Below are positions 39,251-51,780 of a DNA stretch of 64,000 nt, piece after piece (position 1 is the first letter of the stretch; each line of letters begins with the position of its first letter). The position numbers and the translations under genes are program-made. The notes under the pieces are model-generated. The model saw nothing but the letters and a program-made list of their open reading frames with translations. It searched no databases and was not told where the DNA came from. Source of the DNA: Lama glama (lineage: Eukaryota); assembly GCA_028534125.1 (NCBI GenBank), contig CM052817.1:39868001-39932000 (forward strand), given 5' to 3'.

Positions 39251-42212
39251 ATCCCAATATCCATGAAGAAGAAATAAGGGTTTGGCTGCTTCTCTGCACA
39301 CAAAATATAGAAATCTACCTAGAAGCTGTAATTTACCCTAATTTGACCCTTTCACTCTGGACATTGGAGTCTTCCCTACCAGCTCTCTCACCATACACTC
39401 TCCTCTCCAGTTTAATACAAGAAGACTCATCTAGACAGTCTCTGACTTCCTCACAGGCTGTATGAATATGATCAGGGAGTCTGAACATTTACCATGCTGT
39501 AAGGAGAATTCTGTCCCCAGAGAGCTAAAACCATTGTAAAATCGCTCATTGCATCTTGCTTTATAGACAACCTGATGGTATATTTCTAGTATTCTTTTTT
39601 TAAGTGTCCATAAAACATTTAAAAAACTTTTTATTATGGACAATTTCAAATATACACAAAAGTAAATAAATAGCATGAAGTACCTCTGTTACATTTATCT
39701 GTTGCTGTGTAACAGATTATCCCAAACTTTGTGATATAAATCAAGAACCGTTTTATTATGTTCATGGATTCTGAAAGTCAGGAATTTGGAGAGTGCATAG
39801 CGGAGATCCTCCAATATATACGTGTTCAGCAACACGATCATCTCTGGAGCAACTGCCACACCTGCAACTTTACCTTTGTGTGACTTTTACTTATTTTTTT
39901 AAATTATCGGTTACTGCAAGTATTGAATATAGTTCCCTATGATATACAGAAGGAATTTGAGGTTTGCAAATACTAAGAACTATATGTAAAATAGATAAAA
40001 AACAAAACAAAAGGGCTCTAGCTGGGATGTGTATAAGCTGGAACTTGCCGTAAAAATATAAGTTGTCTAATTATAAAGTGTCTCTGAAATGACAAGCTCT
40101 ATTAATATTACCGTGTATTCCTCTCTCCTATGTGCCTGCATATTCTTATCTTATGTTCTTCACTCTTACCTGGTGTAGGGGATCAAACTAACTTGGATCC
40201 AGGAGCCAGGAACTCATTTGATCTCAACCAACAGATCATCGACCATCATTTATGCAAGTCGTTTTTCTTCACTTCCTCATTTATGTTTTCCCAGTTCCCA
40301 TATTAGTAACTTGTATGTGGACCACACTGGCCCACATCTCAGAATGTCACGAGGATTCACTGTTTAGAAAACTTGCAAAGATCAAATTTTTAAATCACCC
40401 AAGTATTCCAGAGAAAGTGGTGTGACTTCTGCCCCATGACAACAGGAGCATGAGTAGGGTGGGGTGGAATATAGGAGCAATGTCATGACAAAGGAAGAAA
40501 AAGAACCCAGGCATCTGTTCTCCCACCTCCATATCTGCTGCCATATGATCTCCTGGGAGCTTGGTGTTTATATGTGAATTTTTTTCTTATGTACAATTGT
40601 AGGTTATAAACCTGATTCAGGTTACAAAATAGTAACTGATACATACACATAAAATCTCCAAACTGTAACCTTCCCTGATTAAATATACATTCAACTTTTT
40701 AATTGCTCAAGAATAGACAGATCTACGCAAATTAGATGTAAATTTCAAAACAATCCATTTTTATTTATTGCTTTAGTGGTGGTGCAATCTAAGCAGAAAA
40801 TTCTAAGTGTTTTGGTGTCATTTGCTTACTCAACATTCCTTGGATGCCTACTAAGTGCCAAGCATAGAGCCATGAGCTTCGGTGAGTGCAGCAAACAAGG
40901 CAAACCCCATCTCTGCTTCCACAGAGTTTATAACCGAGCAGATGAGGCCAACATGGAGCAATACAATACTAACAATGTGGTAAGTTCTAGCAAGTTCAGG
41001 ATGCTGTAAGAGTGTGTGTCATGGGGGAATTCAGCTGCCTGGAGATTCAGGCAAAGCTTCTTTGAGGAAGTTACATTTCAGCTGAGACAGGCTGCCCATC
41101 TGCTCTGGGTTGTGCAACTGCCTTCCCATCCTGATTCTAACACTTGAACAAGTCAGTGTCTCAGAGTTTGAGTTCTCACATGTAAAGTGAGGATAATACC
41201 CACATATCAGTGTTGTGGGAATGAGAGCCAATACAGGCAAAGCATCCCTTGTGGCATCAGGCATGTAGTGAGCCCTAAGTGCATGGTGCTTGTTATAATT
41301 ACATGTCAATGTAGGCATCAAAGGAAAACTGAAGAGAAGTTTGGCCAAAAGCTAAAGATAAATGTACAGAGGGGAAATTTGGCAAAGGCTCCAAATTCAA
41401 GGGACGGTTATTACCCCTCACTTGTATAAAGGCTTCACGTCCTGAGCTTCAGATGTTGGAGGATCTAATACCTTAAGGCTATGCTAAATATTGTTTTCAT
41501 GAGAAACTGATAAGAAATTTTGGAGTTGACCTCTTTCTAGCTGTGGGTTAGCTATTGCCCAGGTCAGTTTTGTGGGGGTTTTTTTGTTTTGTTTTGTTTT
41601 TCAGGCCAAAGTAAGATGTCTGGGAAACAGCTCTCTGGCCAGAGAACACATGGTTAATCAGCTTTTGGCAGGCTCAAGTGACAGGCAAGTGTTGAGAAAC
41701 CAGATGAGGAGGGGAAGCAATGAATGCTCACTGGAGGTTTTAGTTGAGGGTGAGAGACCTGGCGCCACCGGCGGGGACCTGGAAGAGGGAACTGCTGGTG
41801 TCCTCACCAGCGCTCACTGGACAGTAAGCTTCAGGAAGCCGGATCCAGGATGCCCGGCGCTCCTCCCGGGCCTCCCTCCCCGGGCCTCCCTTCCCAGGCC
41901 TCCTGGGCGCTTGGATCCTGGCCATGTCTGCACCCTTCAAATGGGTGTGGGTGATTTCATAAGTGGACGCGACCGCCACCGAGGGGAAAGCGTGCAAGGA
42001 AGTGGCGGGAGGCGGGGCGGGGAGGAGAGGGAGCAGTGGGAGGGATGCCGGGCAAGAGTGGGAGGGATACAGGCCGCTGTGGGAGGGGTGAGGAGGAGTG
42101 AGAGGGTGGAGGAAAGGAGAAAAGGACGCCGTGGCTGGCCGGGAGGAAATGAGCGAGGTCTCGACTGTCGCTGCGCGGCCGCTCGCGAGTGGGGCAGCCG
42201 GGTGCGCCCGAG

Positions 42213-42445
42213 ATGCTGCTGCGCGGGAAGCCACGGCTGCCTCTGCTGCCGCCGCCGCTGCTGCTGCTCCTGGGGCCGCTCGGTCCCTGCTCCCCGGGCG
42301 CCCTGGCGGGACCCGCGCCAGCTGAGGACGCCGTGGAGCTGGACTTCTCCACCGAGCGGCCAGTGCACCTGGTGAGTCCCGCGTTCTTGTCCTTCACCAT
42401 CGACGCCAACCTGGCCACGGACCCGCGGTTCCTCACCTTCCTGGG
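42213..42445 (+). CDS. HPSE: HPSE coding exon 1 (signal peptide and 8-kDa subunit start): [25 protein letters not shown]...[15 protein letters not shown](G)
   Basis: gagATG start, hydrophobic signal peptide, heparanase motif [14 protein letters not shown]|gtaagt donor. Confidence 0.97.
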
Positions 42446-42519
42446 GTAAGTGCCGGCCTGCGGGTGCCTGTCCCCTCTCCTGCCCTCCTGACATCCGCGC
42501 CGGTCCCCGGGGCCTCTCC

Positions 42520-42575
42520 CCTTTTTTAAATCTCTCTCTCTCTGTCTCTTTCTCTTTCTCTTTCTCTCTTTCTCC
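42520..42575. repeat. CT-rich polypyrimidine tract in HPSE intron 1
   Basis: tctctctctctctgtctctttctctttctctttctctc. Confidence 0.8.
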
Positions 42576-45569
42576 ATCCGCCCCACCCCGCCCCCCTGCA
42601 GCCGCCCTTAAACCGCGCTTTCTCGCCTTCATTCATTCAGCAAGTGTTGCCTGAGCGCCAACTAAGGGCTCGGTAATAGGGCGAAGTTGGAGAAAGAAAC
42701 TCCCACCTGCCCCGGCAACTCGCCAGAAGGAGGGGTCTTGGCTTGGAGGGCTGTGAGCGCCTGGATTTGCTGGGCAGCGCAGGACAGTAACATTGTGCAC
42801 CAGGCTTCAGTCTCCTAAACTCTGTTAGGAAAGTTACAACTACAACAAAAAAGATGGACGGAAAAAGCCTCAAAGGAGAATAAGCTTATTTATTCCATAT
42901 ATATATATATATATGTATAAAATTTTTTAAGAAAACTTTTTTAAAACATTTTTTATTGAGTTATAGTCATTTTACAATGTTGTGTCAAGTTAAAATAAAC
43001 TTTTAAAGAGCAGTTTTAGGTTCACAGCAATACTGAGCACAAGGTACAGAGACTTCCCATATTACACTCTTTTAAAACTGTTTAATATCACATCCATGAG
43101 ACCGAGGACACTATTGCAGTGACTTCAGAGCCTTAATAAAAAGCTGTCTTTTCCAGATAAGGCTGTAAAAGGTGGCACTGCTTTATTAGCTGTAATTTTT
43201 TCCTTACCTGAGAAAAACTGAACCTAGTGCAGATTCACTGGCCCCTGCCTGTGAGTGCAGGCTGATCCCAAGATAGGGAGCTGCAGGACCGACCCAGGTC
43301 ATCCAGGCCACTCATCTAGGTCACGAGAGCCTCCAGAGACCGCCACACCTCAGCCAACCCAGACAACTGGGAATCCTGTCATTGCCAAACACCTGCAGGC
43401 TGTCCTTCCTGTGCCCACACTTTCAGCTGCCATTGCTCAGTTCAGTCATTCCTGATGCAAATAAAAGCAGACAGCCTCATGCTTATGAAGCTTGCAGCCA
43501 GACCACCCTTGATTCCCAACGCTGCCAAAACTGGGTGGCTTAGTTTTTACAGGTTGCTTGACAGCTCAAAGCCTTGATTTCTTTCCCTGCAGAATGGGAC
43601 TTCTAAAACCTTCTTGTAGGACTGTATGAGCATTTAATGAGAAGGACTTAACACAGTGTTGGACAATGCTCAAAATTTAAGTTAATTGCTTCTTCCTGGA
43701 AACTGGTGAATATTTGTTAGGCATTCACCAGTTGTCTGTGTTTTTCATGCAGAAATAGTTAACCTCTATCTTTCCCCATGTGGTAAGAGAGCAGGAATTT
43801 CCTGGTGAGACAGCGGTCTCACTTTTTGTCCTTCCCCTTGGGGATAGTGAGCTGATACCAGGCAGCAGTTGGTTGGGAGACAGAAAGATTACTCTGGAGA
43901 AACACTGAACTACTACAAGGCACCATATCTGAGGACCCCAGGCCTAGCTTAGGATGGGATGGGGGGCAGTGATAGGGGAAGAGAGAGTGTGAAGTGTCTT
44001 ACTGCAAACACAAAGATTAATTGAATGACCATTTACTAAAATATGAGAACTAAGTCTTTTTATGCTGCAGTAGCCAGAGTATATACCCTGCTCCTCCCCA
44101 AGGAAGAACAGCTGGCGATCCCCTCCTGGAGAAACAGGTCCAAAGGAAAATACCTACAGTATGACTTTTGAGGTTCAGGCCTGATCACCCTGAAGTCAAG
44201 CTAACCAACTCACTAGCACCCCCACCCCTCTACCCACCTCCGCACACACACTGGGAACCTCCAGTTTGCAATTTAACCAGGGTGATAACTTTGCCTCTTC
44301 TTAAACATGTCTCTTACGTTCCCATAGCACTCTTTCTCGCCTCCCTCCCACCAACTCTCCCAGCCTCCACCTTTTTGTTAAAGGCTGGAGGATGATGAAA
44401 ACCAAAAGAGCATAGCATGTAATAAATAAAACTTTTTTTTGGTTTTTTTGGTTTGCAAAACATAGTGCATTCCTGTTCATGCAGCCTTCTCTCCAGGGCT
44501 GGCTCCTGACCACTCCAGGTCCCTTCCCAGCTGTCTTCCTTGCCTGCTCCCTAGAGGCATCTGCAGGCACAGGCACACTATTCCCAGCTGAGATCTTAAA
44601 GACTACAGCTCAAGAGGCAGGAGCTCCCTCCCCTTCTCGTCTAAGACCGAGCTTCTGAGTTAGAGTCTGAGGGTTCATCTCCCCAGGAAAGTTGGCACAG
44701 TGCCCAAAGTGACCCGACCATCTCAGAAGACAAAATATTTAGCTTCCATTTCAAACAACAGCACGGGACTTACCATCTGTCACAGGAGCGAGGGGGTTGA
44801 GATGGGCACAGTTGTATTTCAGTTCCTCAAAAGTGAAGCTGCTTGGGCGAAGATGGCAAGATCTGAGCAGGTGAAAGCTGAGGTACTAAGGAGAGGATCA
44901 TAAGCTAGCCGACACTAACTGAGCCGTCGTCAGGGGCCAGGCCCTGTTCTAAGCACCGCCTAGGTACTAATTTAGTCTTGGCTGCAAAACTGTGAGGTTA
45001 ATACTATTATTGTCCCCAATTTTTTTAAATGAAGAGATCCAGGCTTAGGGAGATTCAGCGATTTGCCTGTGGTCAGCCAGCTATGACATGGAGTAGTTTG
45101 ATTAGCAGATGCTAATTTTGCAGAGGTGAGAGTGCACAAAAAGAAAATCAAGCAGTTTACATTTTTTAAAAGCAGCAGAGTAGGGATGGGAGAAAAGACT
45201 GTCCCGAAATAAACTGAGAGGACTGATGTAATGAAAAGAAGCACTGACCTTGGAGTAAAAGAATCAGGGCCCACACCTCTACAGTATTTCAGAGAAGCCT
45301 AAGCAAATAAAATCAGATGGCAGAGATTCAGTTTCCCATGACGGCAACCAGATGTGGTGGCGTTTTTCTTTTTTTCACATTTGCAATTCGAGAACATGGA
45401 AAGAACTTAAGTGCCAATGACAGAGCAATCTAGACTCAGAAAGGAGCATCTTTTCAGTTTGCCTTCTTCCCAGTGGTAACTCACCAACAGCCCAATCAGA
45501 AACTTCCTAAGCCTGACTGTGGGCTGAGCTCTGAAGAGGCTCCCACCCTCAAAGGTGGGAGAGCCAAGA

Positions 45570-45890
45570 CCAGCGTGACTCGGTAGAAATAGAATATGAG
45601 CCTTATGGGCACACTACGCAATGTAGTTTCAATTTTTCTAGTAGCTATGTTTAAAAAAGGTAAAAAGAAACAAACAAAATTCACTTTAGTAATGTATTTT
45701 ATTTAACACAAAATATCCAAATTATCATCATTCAGTATAATCAATACAAATATATTAACGAGATATTTTACATTCCTTGTCGAACCAAGTCTTCAGAACT
45801 TGGTGTGTATTTTATATTCACAACACATCTCAATTCAGACAAGCCACATTTCAAGGGCTAGCCACCTGAGTTAGCGGCTTGGCAGCGCAG
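45570..45890. mobile_element. MER33-like hAT-Charlie element
   Basis: aatttttctagtagc...ttttatttaac...cacatctcaattcagacaagccacatttcaag. Confidence 0.7.
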
Positions 45891-47021
45891 TCCGCATTTC
45901 AACCAAGGCACGTATACAAGCACAGTTCACCAATTCAAGGCAAAAATCAGAGCGCTGAGTCAGGGGTGCAGATCATAAGTCCTATAGAGCAAAAACGGGT
46001 GCGACACAGAGGCTGCATTAATCATGCAGCTGTGCTTGCTTTTCCTAAAGATTTGCTTATTTTATTTCAGCAAAGTCCAGCCCTTTTTGCAATTCGATAA
46101 ATATTTACTATCAATAACTTTCAATCGTAAGATTCCTGCATCTTCATTGACAAAGTTGCTTTCCCTATTTGGAAAAGCACTTACTAATAACGTGAAGCAC
46201 GTGTTTTGATAACTGATGTTGGAAATAACTTTAGGCCCTCTGTGAGCCTGTTGCTAAGAGAAATAACCACAGCCAGAGACACGGAGAACCGAGGATGATC
46301 ACAAGACATAAACTCACATTTTCTGACTCCTGAGACGGGCTCTGCCCCAACTGAGCCATGATCAGTGTTCTCTTCCTTCTCAAACCTTTCATTGTGCAGC
46401 CCGAACCCTCTGCATGGTAACGGTTCTCCATCCTCCTCCGAGAATACTCCTGCCACTCTGTGCCCTAGCTAAAACTCTTCTCTGAAGACGCCAGTGGAGA
46501 AGTAGATGGGGCTACTTTGGAGTAGAAGCTGAGCGTTCTCCCACACTGCAGCCCTGTCCCGTTCCCCAGGGCTGCTTCTAGACAACTGCCCACAGGGATG
46601 AACTCCAGTAGTTCAAATCCCCATTGGCATATCACCCTGGGCAAATCACAGAGCCTCCTTTTGCTCCATCTCCTTATCTATAAAATGAGGTAATAATGGC
46701 ATCTCATGATTATTAGGTTGTTTGGGGATTAAGTGAGATAATCTATGCAAAGTGTCCAAAACCTTCAGTCTGCATAACCTGCGATTAGAGATGACTGTTC
46801 TGGTCCAGGGCGAGGCCACTGTCTCCACGTCTGACTCTGCTCCTGTGCTCCTCATCACTATCCTCTGCCCTCTCTTACTCCTCCTTATTGATTGACGTTT
46901 GGCACTGATCTCAGTTTGTTCTCCACTCCCACGTCCCACCATCATCCTAGACGACTTCAAATCCACTTGACTACACAGTCTCTCAGTTTCTTCACACCCA
47001 CAACTTTTAATTATCTTCACT

Positions 47022-47216
47022 CAGTGTTGTACTAGAACCAGCTTGCACCAGCTTGTGAAATGTGTACATCTCTACCCAATTCCATATTCAGTGACATCAA
47101 CACCGGTATTTTGAAATCAGCCCTGGTATGTATATTTACACCATGGAAATTGGCAAGTGCAAAAAACAGACCACCATTCCCCCCGCCAGAGAGCCAGCTT
47201 CCTAGCACACACCACT
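47022..47216 (+). mobile_element. MER63-like hAT-Blackjack element
   Basis: cagtgttgtactaga...ttcagtgacatca...ttgaaatcagcc...atttacaccatggaaattggcaa...agcacacaccact. Confidence 0.7.
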
Positions 47217-48099
47217 TCACCCCTTTCTTTTTTCTGTGTATCATAGAAATACTCTATCTTTGATCAATTTTGTCTTTATGACAAGTTTGCAGCTGTTTTA
47301 AATTCGGTCTTTGTCAGAAGGCATCAATATTGTATTCTAAAAATAAGAAAATATTCCATTGTAAAGAAGATAAACAAAAGGGTCCTTAATACCAATACTT
47401 CAAAACATGTGATTTCCTTTACTTGGCAAGAGTCATAGCACTGGGATTTAATTATGTTCATAGAACAGTATTTGGCCCCATTTGGGCCTTTCACCAAGTT
47501 GAACTCGATTGTTCATTCACTTATTAAGCACCAGCTGTGTGCAGGCACATACCCGGGTGCTGAGCCAGACAGAAAGTCCCTGCTTTCATAGAGCTTACCC
47601 CAGGGATGAGCGCTGGGAGAGATGGTAAACCAAGGAAACAAATCTGGAAGCTAATTCCAGAGGTAAGTGAAATGCTATGAAGAAAATAAAAGCAGGGTGA
47701 TGTGTTCGAGAGTGACCTGAGGTGGTCCTGTCACCACTCCTGGGAACCAGGCTCTGGTCCTTGGGCATCTGATCCAGGCCATGCACACACGCACATCCTG
47801 GGGTACTACAGCTGCTCCCTGCTGCTCGTTTTCCCTTCATTTCCCAGAAAGCACCAGCCTCTCCCTTCTCAACTGTATACAGATACCAGCTACTCAAATC
47901 TAAATGAGCTTCCTCTATCACCAAACACAATCAAAATGCCCAGGACCAGAATCAGTGCCTGACCAAAAGCAGTGGAACAAGGCCAGCCCGGAGTGATTCA
48001 GAGGAAGTTCCATGTCAGCTTTAGGGCCGCGTCTTGGTATCTGTGGGTTAGAGGGTAACTAATCACTGCCTTCTAGACTGAGAGGACCCTCCATTCTAC

Positions 48100-49075
48100 A
48101 CTTCTCCTATACGAGTCTTCTGAGCTCCAGACACACAGGGCCAAGAGCCTGGTGGACATGTCTTCTGGTGTTCCAGTGGCACCTCAAATTCTACAACACT
48201 GGACCCCACCCTTGCCTTCATCCCTGTCTCCAATCTATGACCCAGTCTTCATCTCAGCAAATGATATTACCATCTTCCAGGATGCTTCCCAGGATAATCC
48301 TTGACTTTCTCCAGCATCCAATTAAACACCAAATCCAGAATTTCTATCTCCCCATGTATCTTGAATTTATCCACCTCTCTTCATCCCCACTGTTGTTTCC
48401 ATGCCTCAGCCCATCACATTAACTGTCTACATTAACATGGCCACAGTCTTGGTCCTTCTATTCAGTTATTTACACTGCAGCCAGAGATTCTTTTCTAAAA
48501 TAGAAGTCTGGTGAGGTCCCTCCACTGCTTTAAATCCTTCCATGGCTCCCCATTACCCTCATATAAAGTTGGAGCTCCTGGACATGGTGGCTGACAAGCC
48601 CTCCATGATATGGTCCTGCTTGCCTCTCCAGTGTATCTGCTCCCGGCAACTCTCTGCCCCCAATCTCTAGGCGGTAGCCATACCATCAGCTCTTCAGTGG
48701 TGCCCTATTCCCGTCTACCTCTGGTCCTTGCACAGACTGTTCCTTGCACCCGGAATACTGTCTTCAATCCCACCTCACTATCTTTGATCTGGATAAGATT
48801 TATTCCTTTTGCATGTCTAACAGGGATGACATTTCCCCTGGAAAACCTCTAATCACTTCCTTCTCCCAGGGCAAAGTCTGGGTTAGGATCCCCTTTGTAT
48901 GTTCTCATAACATTGTTTTGGAATTGCCTGTTTACTTGTTCATCTATATTGTGAGACTATAAGTCATATGAGAACAGCAGCTCTCGGTCTTGTTTGCCAC
49001 TGTATCCCCAGCAACTAGCATAATGCCTGACACGGGGTTGGCCTGCAATGAATAATTATTGAATAAATTAATGGA
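48100..49075 (+). mobile_element. Degenerate L2 3' region
   Basis: ctgagctccagac...cacctcaaattc...aaatccttccatggctccccatt...tgtatccccagca...ttattgaataaattaat. Confidence 0.65.
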
Positions 49076-51001
49076 TGGCTGTGTTTCCTTTGAGTAAATC
49101 TTGGTGTCTTCACCTATTCTTTAAAAATAGAAACACAAACACACAAAATCACCTTGTATGATTTAAAATATTGTGTGCTTACTACAGAAAACATGAAAAA
49201 TACATAGAGCAATAGAGAAGAGTCGACCACCCATCCTACCACACCATAGTGACTACTGTTAGCTCCTTCTCTCTCTCTATTTTCACTCTTGAAATCACAT
49301 TGTGTCTACACGTTGTTCCTTTTATTGTGGTAACCACAGTAGAAGTTGTGCTTACTTAAAATGTAGAGTTCACTGACATTAAGCACGTTCACACTGTTGT
49401 GCAACCATCACCCTCAGCCATCTTAGACCTTTTTTATCTTCCCAAACTGAAACTCTGAACTCATTAAACAACAATGCATTCTTTCTCATTTCCTAGAGTT
49501 TAGTTTTATTTGGGTTCTTTGCAAAGTGGAAGTGGCTTCCTTCTGAATCCTTGCTTAGTCCAAGCTAACATTTCCATTCATTTTCAAGAGGTTCTGAGGA
49601 TTTCATGGCAGAAGTCATCCTTCCCAGGGTTCTTGGGTACTGTCAGGTATTTCAGTCAATTCCACGTTGATAACATCCCTGACATCTCACTTGTGCCAGG
49701 ATCCACAAGATATTCAAGAGCCCATGAAAATATTTCAAGTTCTTTTAAGATCCAAAGGAAGTGAACTTTTAGGTCAAAAAAAGTTTTAATATGTGATATT
49801 AACATATTTGTCTTTATGTAAGTATCATCATAAAATATAATTTTAAAAAATTTTGTGGAGGAAAAGGCTCGTGAAGGCAAAAGTGCCTAGATAGTATAGT
49901 AAAATGCTCCCATTATTAAGAGAAAAAATGGTGAGGAGGAATCACTGAAGTTTTAATGCAGGTAACTCATCCTTTGGTCAATTTCTGCCTTTTAATTTCT
50001 CTTTCCTAAGCAAAAATAAAGAAATCTTCGAAAATTTTTACATAGCATTATATGTAAAACAGAAGAACACATTAAAATTTTAAATTTTAGATCATGTCTT
50101 TAATTTCTAGGATGTCCAAAAGTACTGGTAATTAAGAAGTTCTCCTGGAGTGATTTTCTGATTTGAAATAAACCCATATGTAAACTAATTATTTGGGCCA
50201 TTTTGAGAACCACACAGCATTGACTTTATGTGTGTTAAGAGCTTTCCAGAGAGCAGTGTGGCCAGAATCCCATGTGTGAGGCTTCAGAAATACATGGCAG
50301 GTTGCCCTGCTACCTGCGTCTTCTGTTTTCTTAGTTTTTTTCACTGAAATATTCATGACATCTTCATCTCTCTGAGAGAAGGAATGATAAATAACTCTAA
50401 TTCCCTTCTGCAGCATTCCGTACCATTCTGAGCACATCATAGGGACCTATCAGGAGCATTTTTGGCTTGATGAGATACACATTGAGAATTTCTCAAATTG
50501 GAAGTGTCTTAGATGTGTAGGAATTAGAATCTTACCTAGTTCTAGGTCATTTGACTTAAATTTGAAAGGATGGTTTTCCTTGGAGTGGAGGTGAGGGTTG
50601 GTTAGGGAGAGAAGTCATTTATGAACTTCTCTGGAAACATAAAATTTTGAAGACAATCGATTTTTCAAAGAAACAGAGTCATCTTTCCTGAAGTTTCCAC
50701 TCTCTTACCTCTTTTCCTCCATTAATCACAAAAGGTTTATGAGTTTTTTGAAAGTACTGAACACTATCCTACTTGTCAAGTTGAAATATGAGCTCTTGCC
50801 TGAGTCAGAGCTCCAAGTTGCCTTCAGGTGCCTAGAAGAGCAGCCTTGCAATGAGGGAGACTCCGATGGAGATGGTACCCCTGGTAGAGAGATGACTTCT
50901 CCCTCCACGGCCGGTACAGTGAGGTATTAAGAAATGGGTCCATCCAAGAGAGAAGGGAGTAGATGCATTTGACTGGATTGTCTTGGAAAAAATCATTTTA
51001 A

Positions 51002-51262
<261 letters not shown>

Positions 51263-51627
51263 TAGTAAGGGATGAAGGGCTCCCAACTGACCCGTGGAGG
51301 CACCTACACAGGAGGAGGAAGCAGTGGGCAGCTTTCCCCCTCCTGATGTTTTCAAGCTTGTGAGACCTCAGAAAAATAACCAAACCAACAAAAGGTGTGC
51401 TGGGCATAACCGAGGGTTAATTGCACTAGAAATAGAATAATGATTGTAGCTGAAGAGGGGCCTATACGTAGAAATGCACCAAACTGAAGGGAGTATTTCC
51501 TGCTGAAGATACAGCCCTGGATTGAAATCCCTTTATTCCGAAAATAGAATGTGGATGAAAGGTATAACAAGGGAACGTGGAGATGTGCTCTGCTTCTAGG
51601 AAGGAATTTTAAGACTTGATTGGTTGG

Positions 51628-51780
51628 GCAAGGGTTCTCAAACTTTACTGACTCTACACAGGCACCTGGGGTGAGTGTGAATATTTGGATTTCTGGGTTC
51701 CAAACTTAGGCTACAAGTTTAGCAAGTTCCTCAGGCAATTCTGATATTAGAAGTCTGTGGACTTCATCTAAGAAACATCC
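51628..51780. mobile_element. MER5-type hAT element
   Basis: ggttctcaaactt...cacctgggg...agcaagttcctcaggcaattctgat. Confidence 0.55.

Larger units (their letters stand above)
41760..42790. promoter_or_regulatory. HPSE: HPSE CpG island / GC-rich promoter with GC box (GGGGCGGGG 42014-42022) and ETS core (GGAAGT 41998-42003)
   Basis: Dense CpG/GC spanning the first coding exon; Sp1 and ETS/GABP control of the human HPSE promoter is established. Confidence 0.85.

Noticed and set aside
41572..42632. Long ORFs (267, 231, 209 and 164 aa) on both strands
   Set aside because: Stop-poor CpG island overlapping the HPSE promoter and exon 1; low-complexity G/R/P peptides with no recognisable homology
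43157..43171. 15-mer ataaggctgtaaaag identical to 16721-16735
   Set aside because: An isolated AT-rich 15-mer match 26 kb away is expected by chance in 64 kb; no flanking homology
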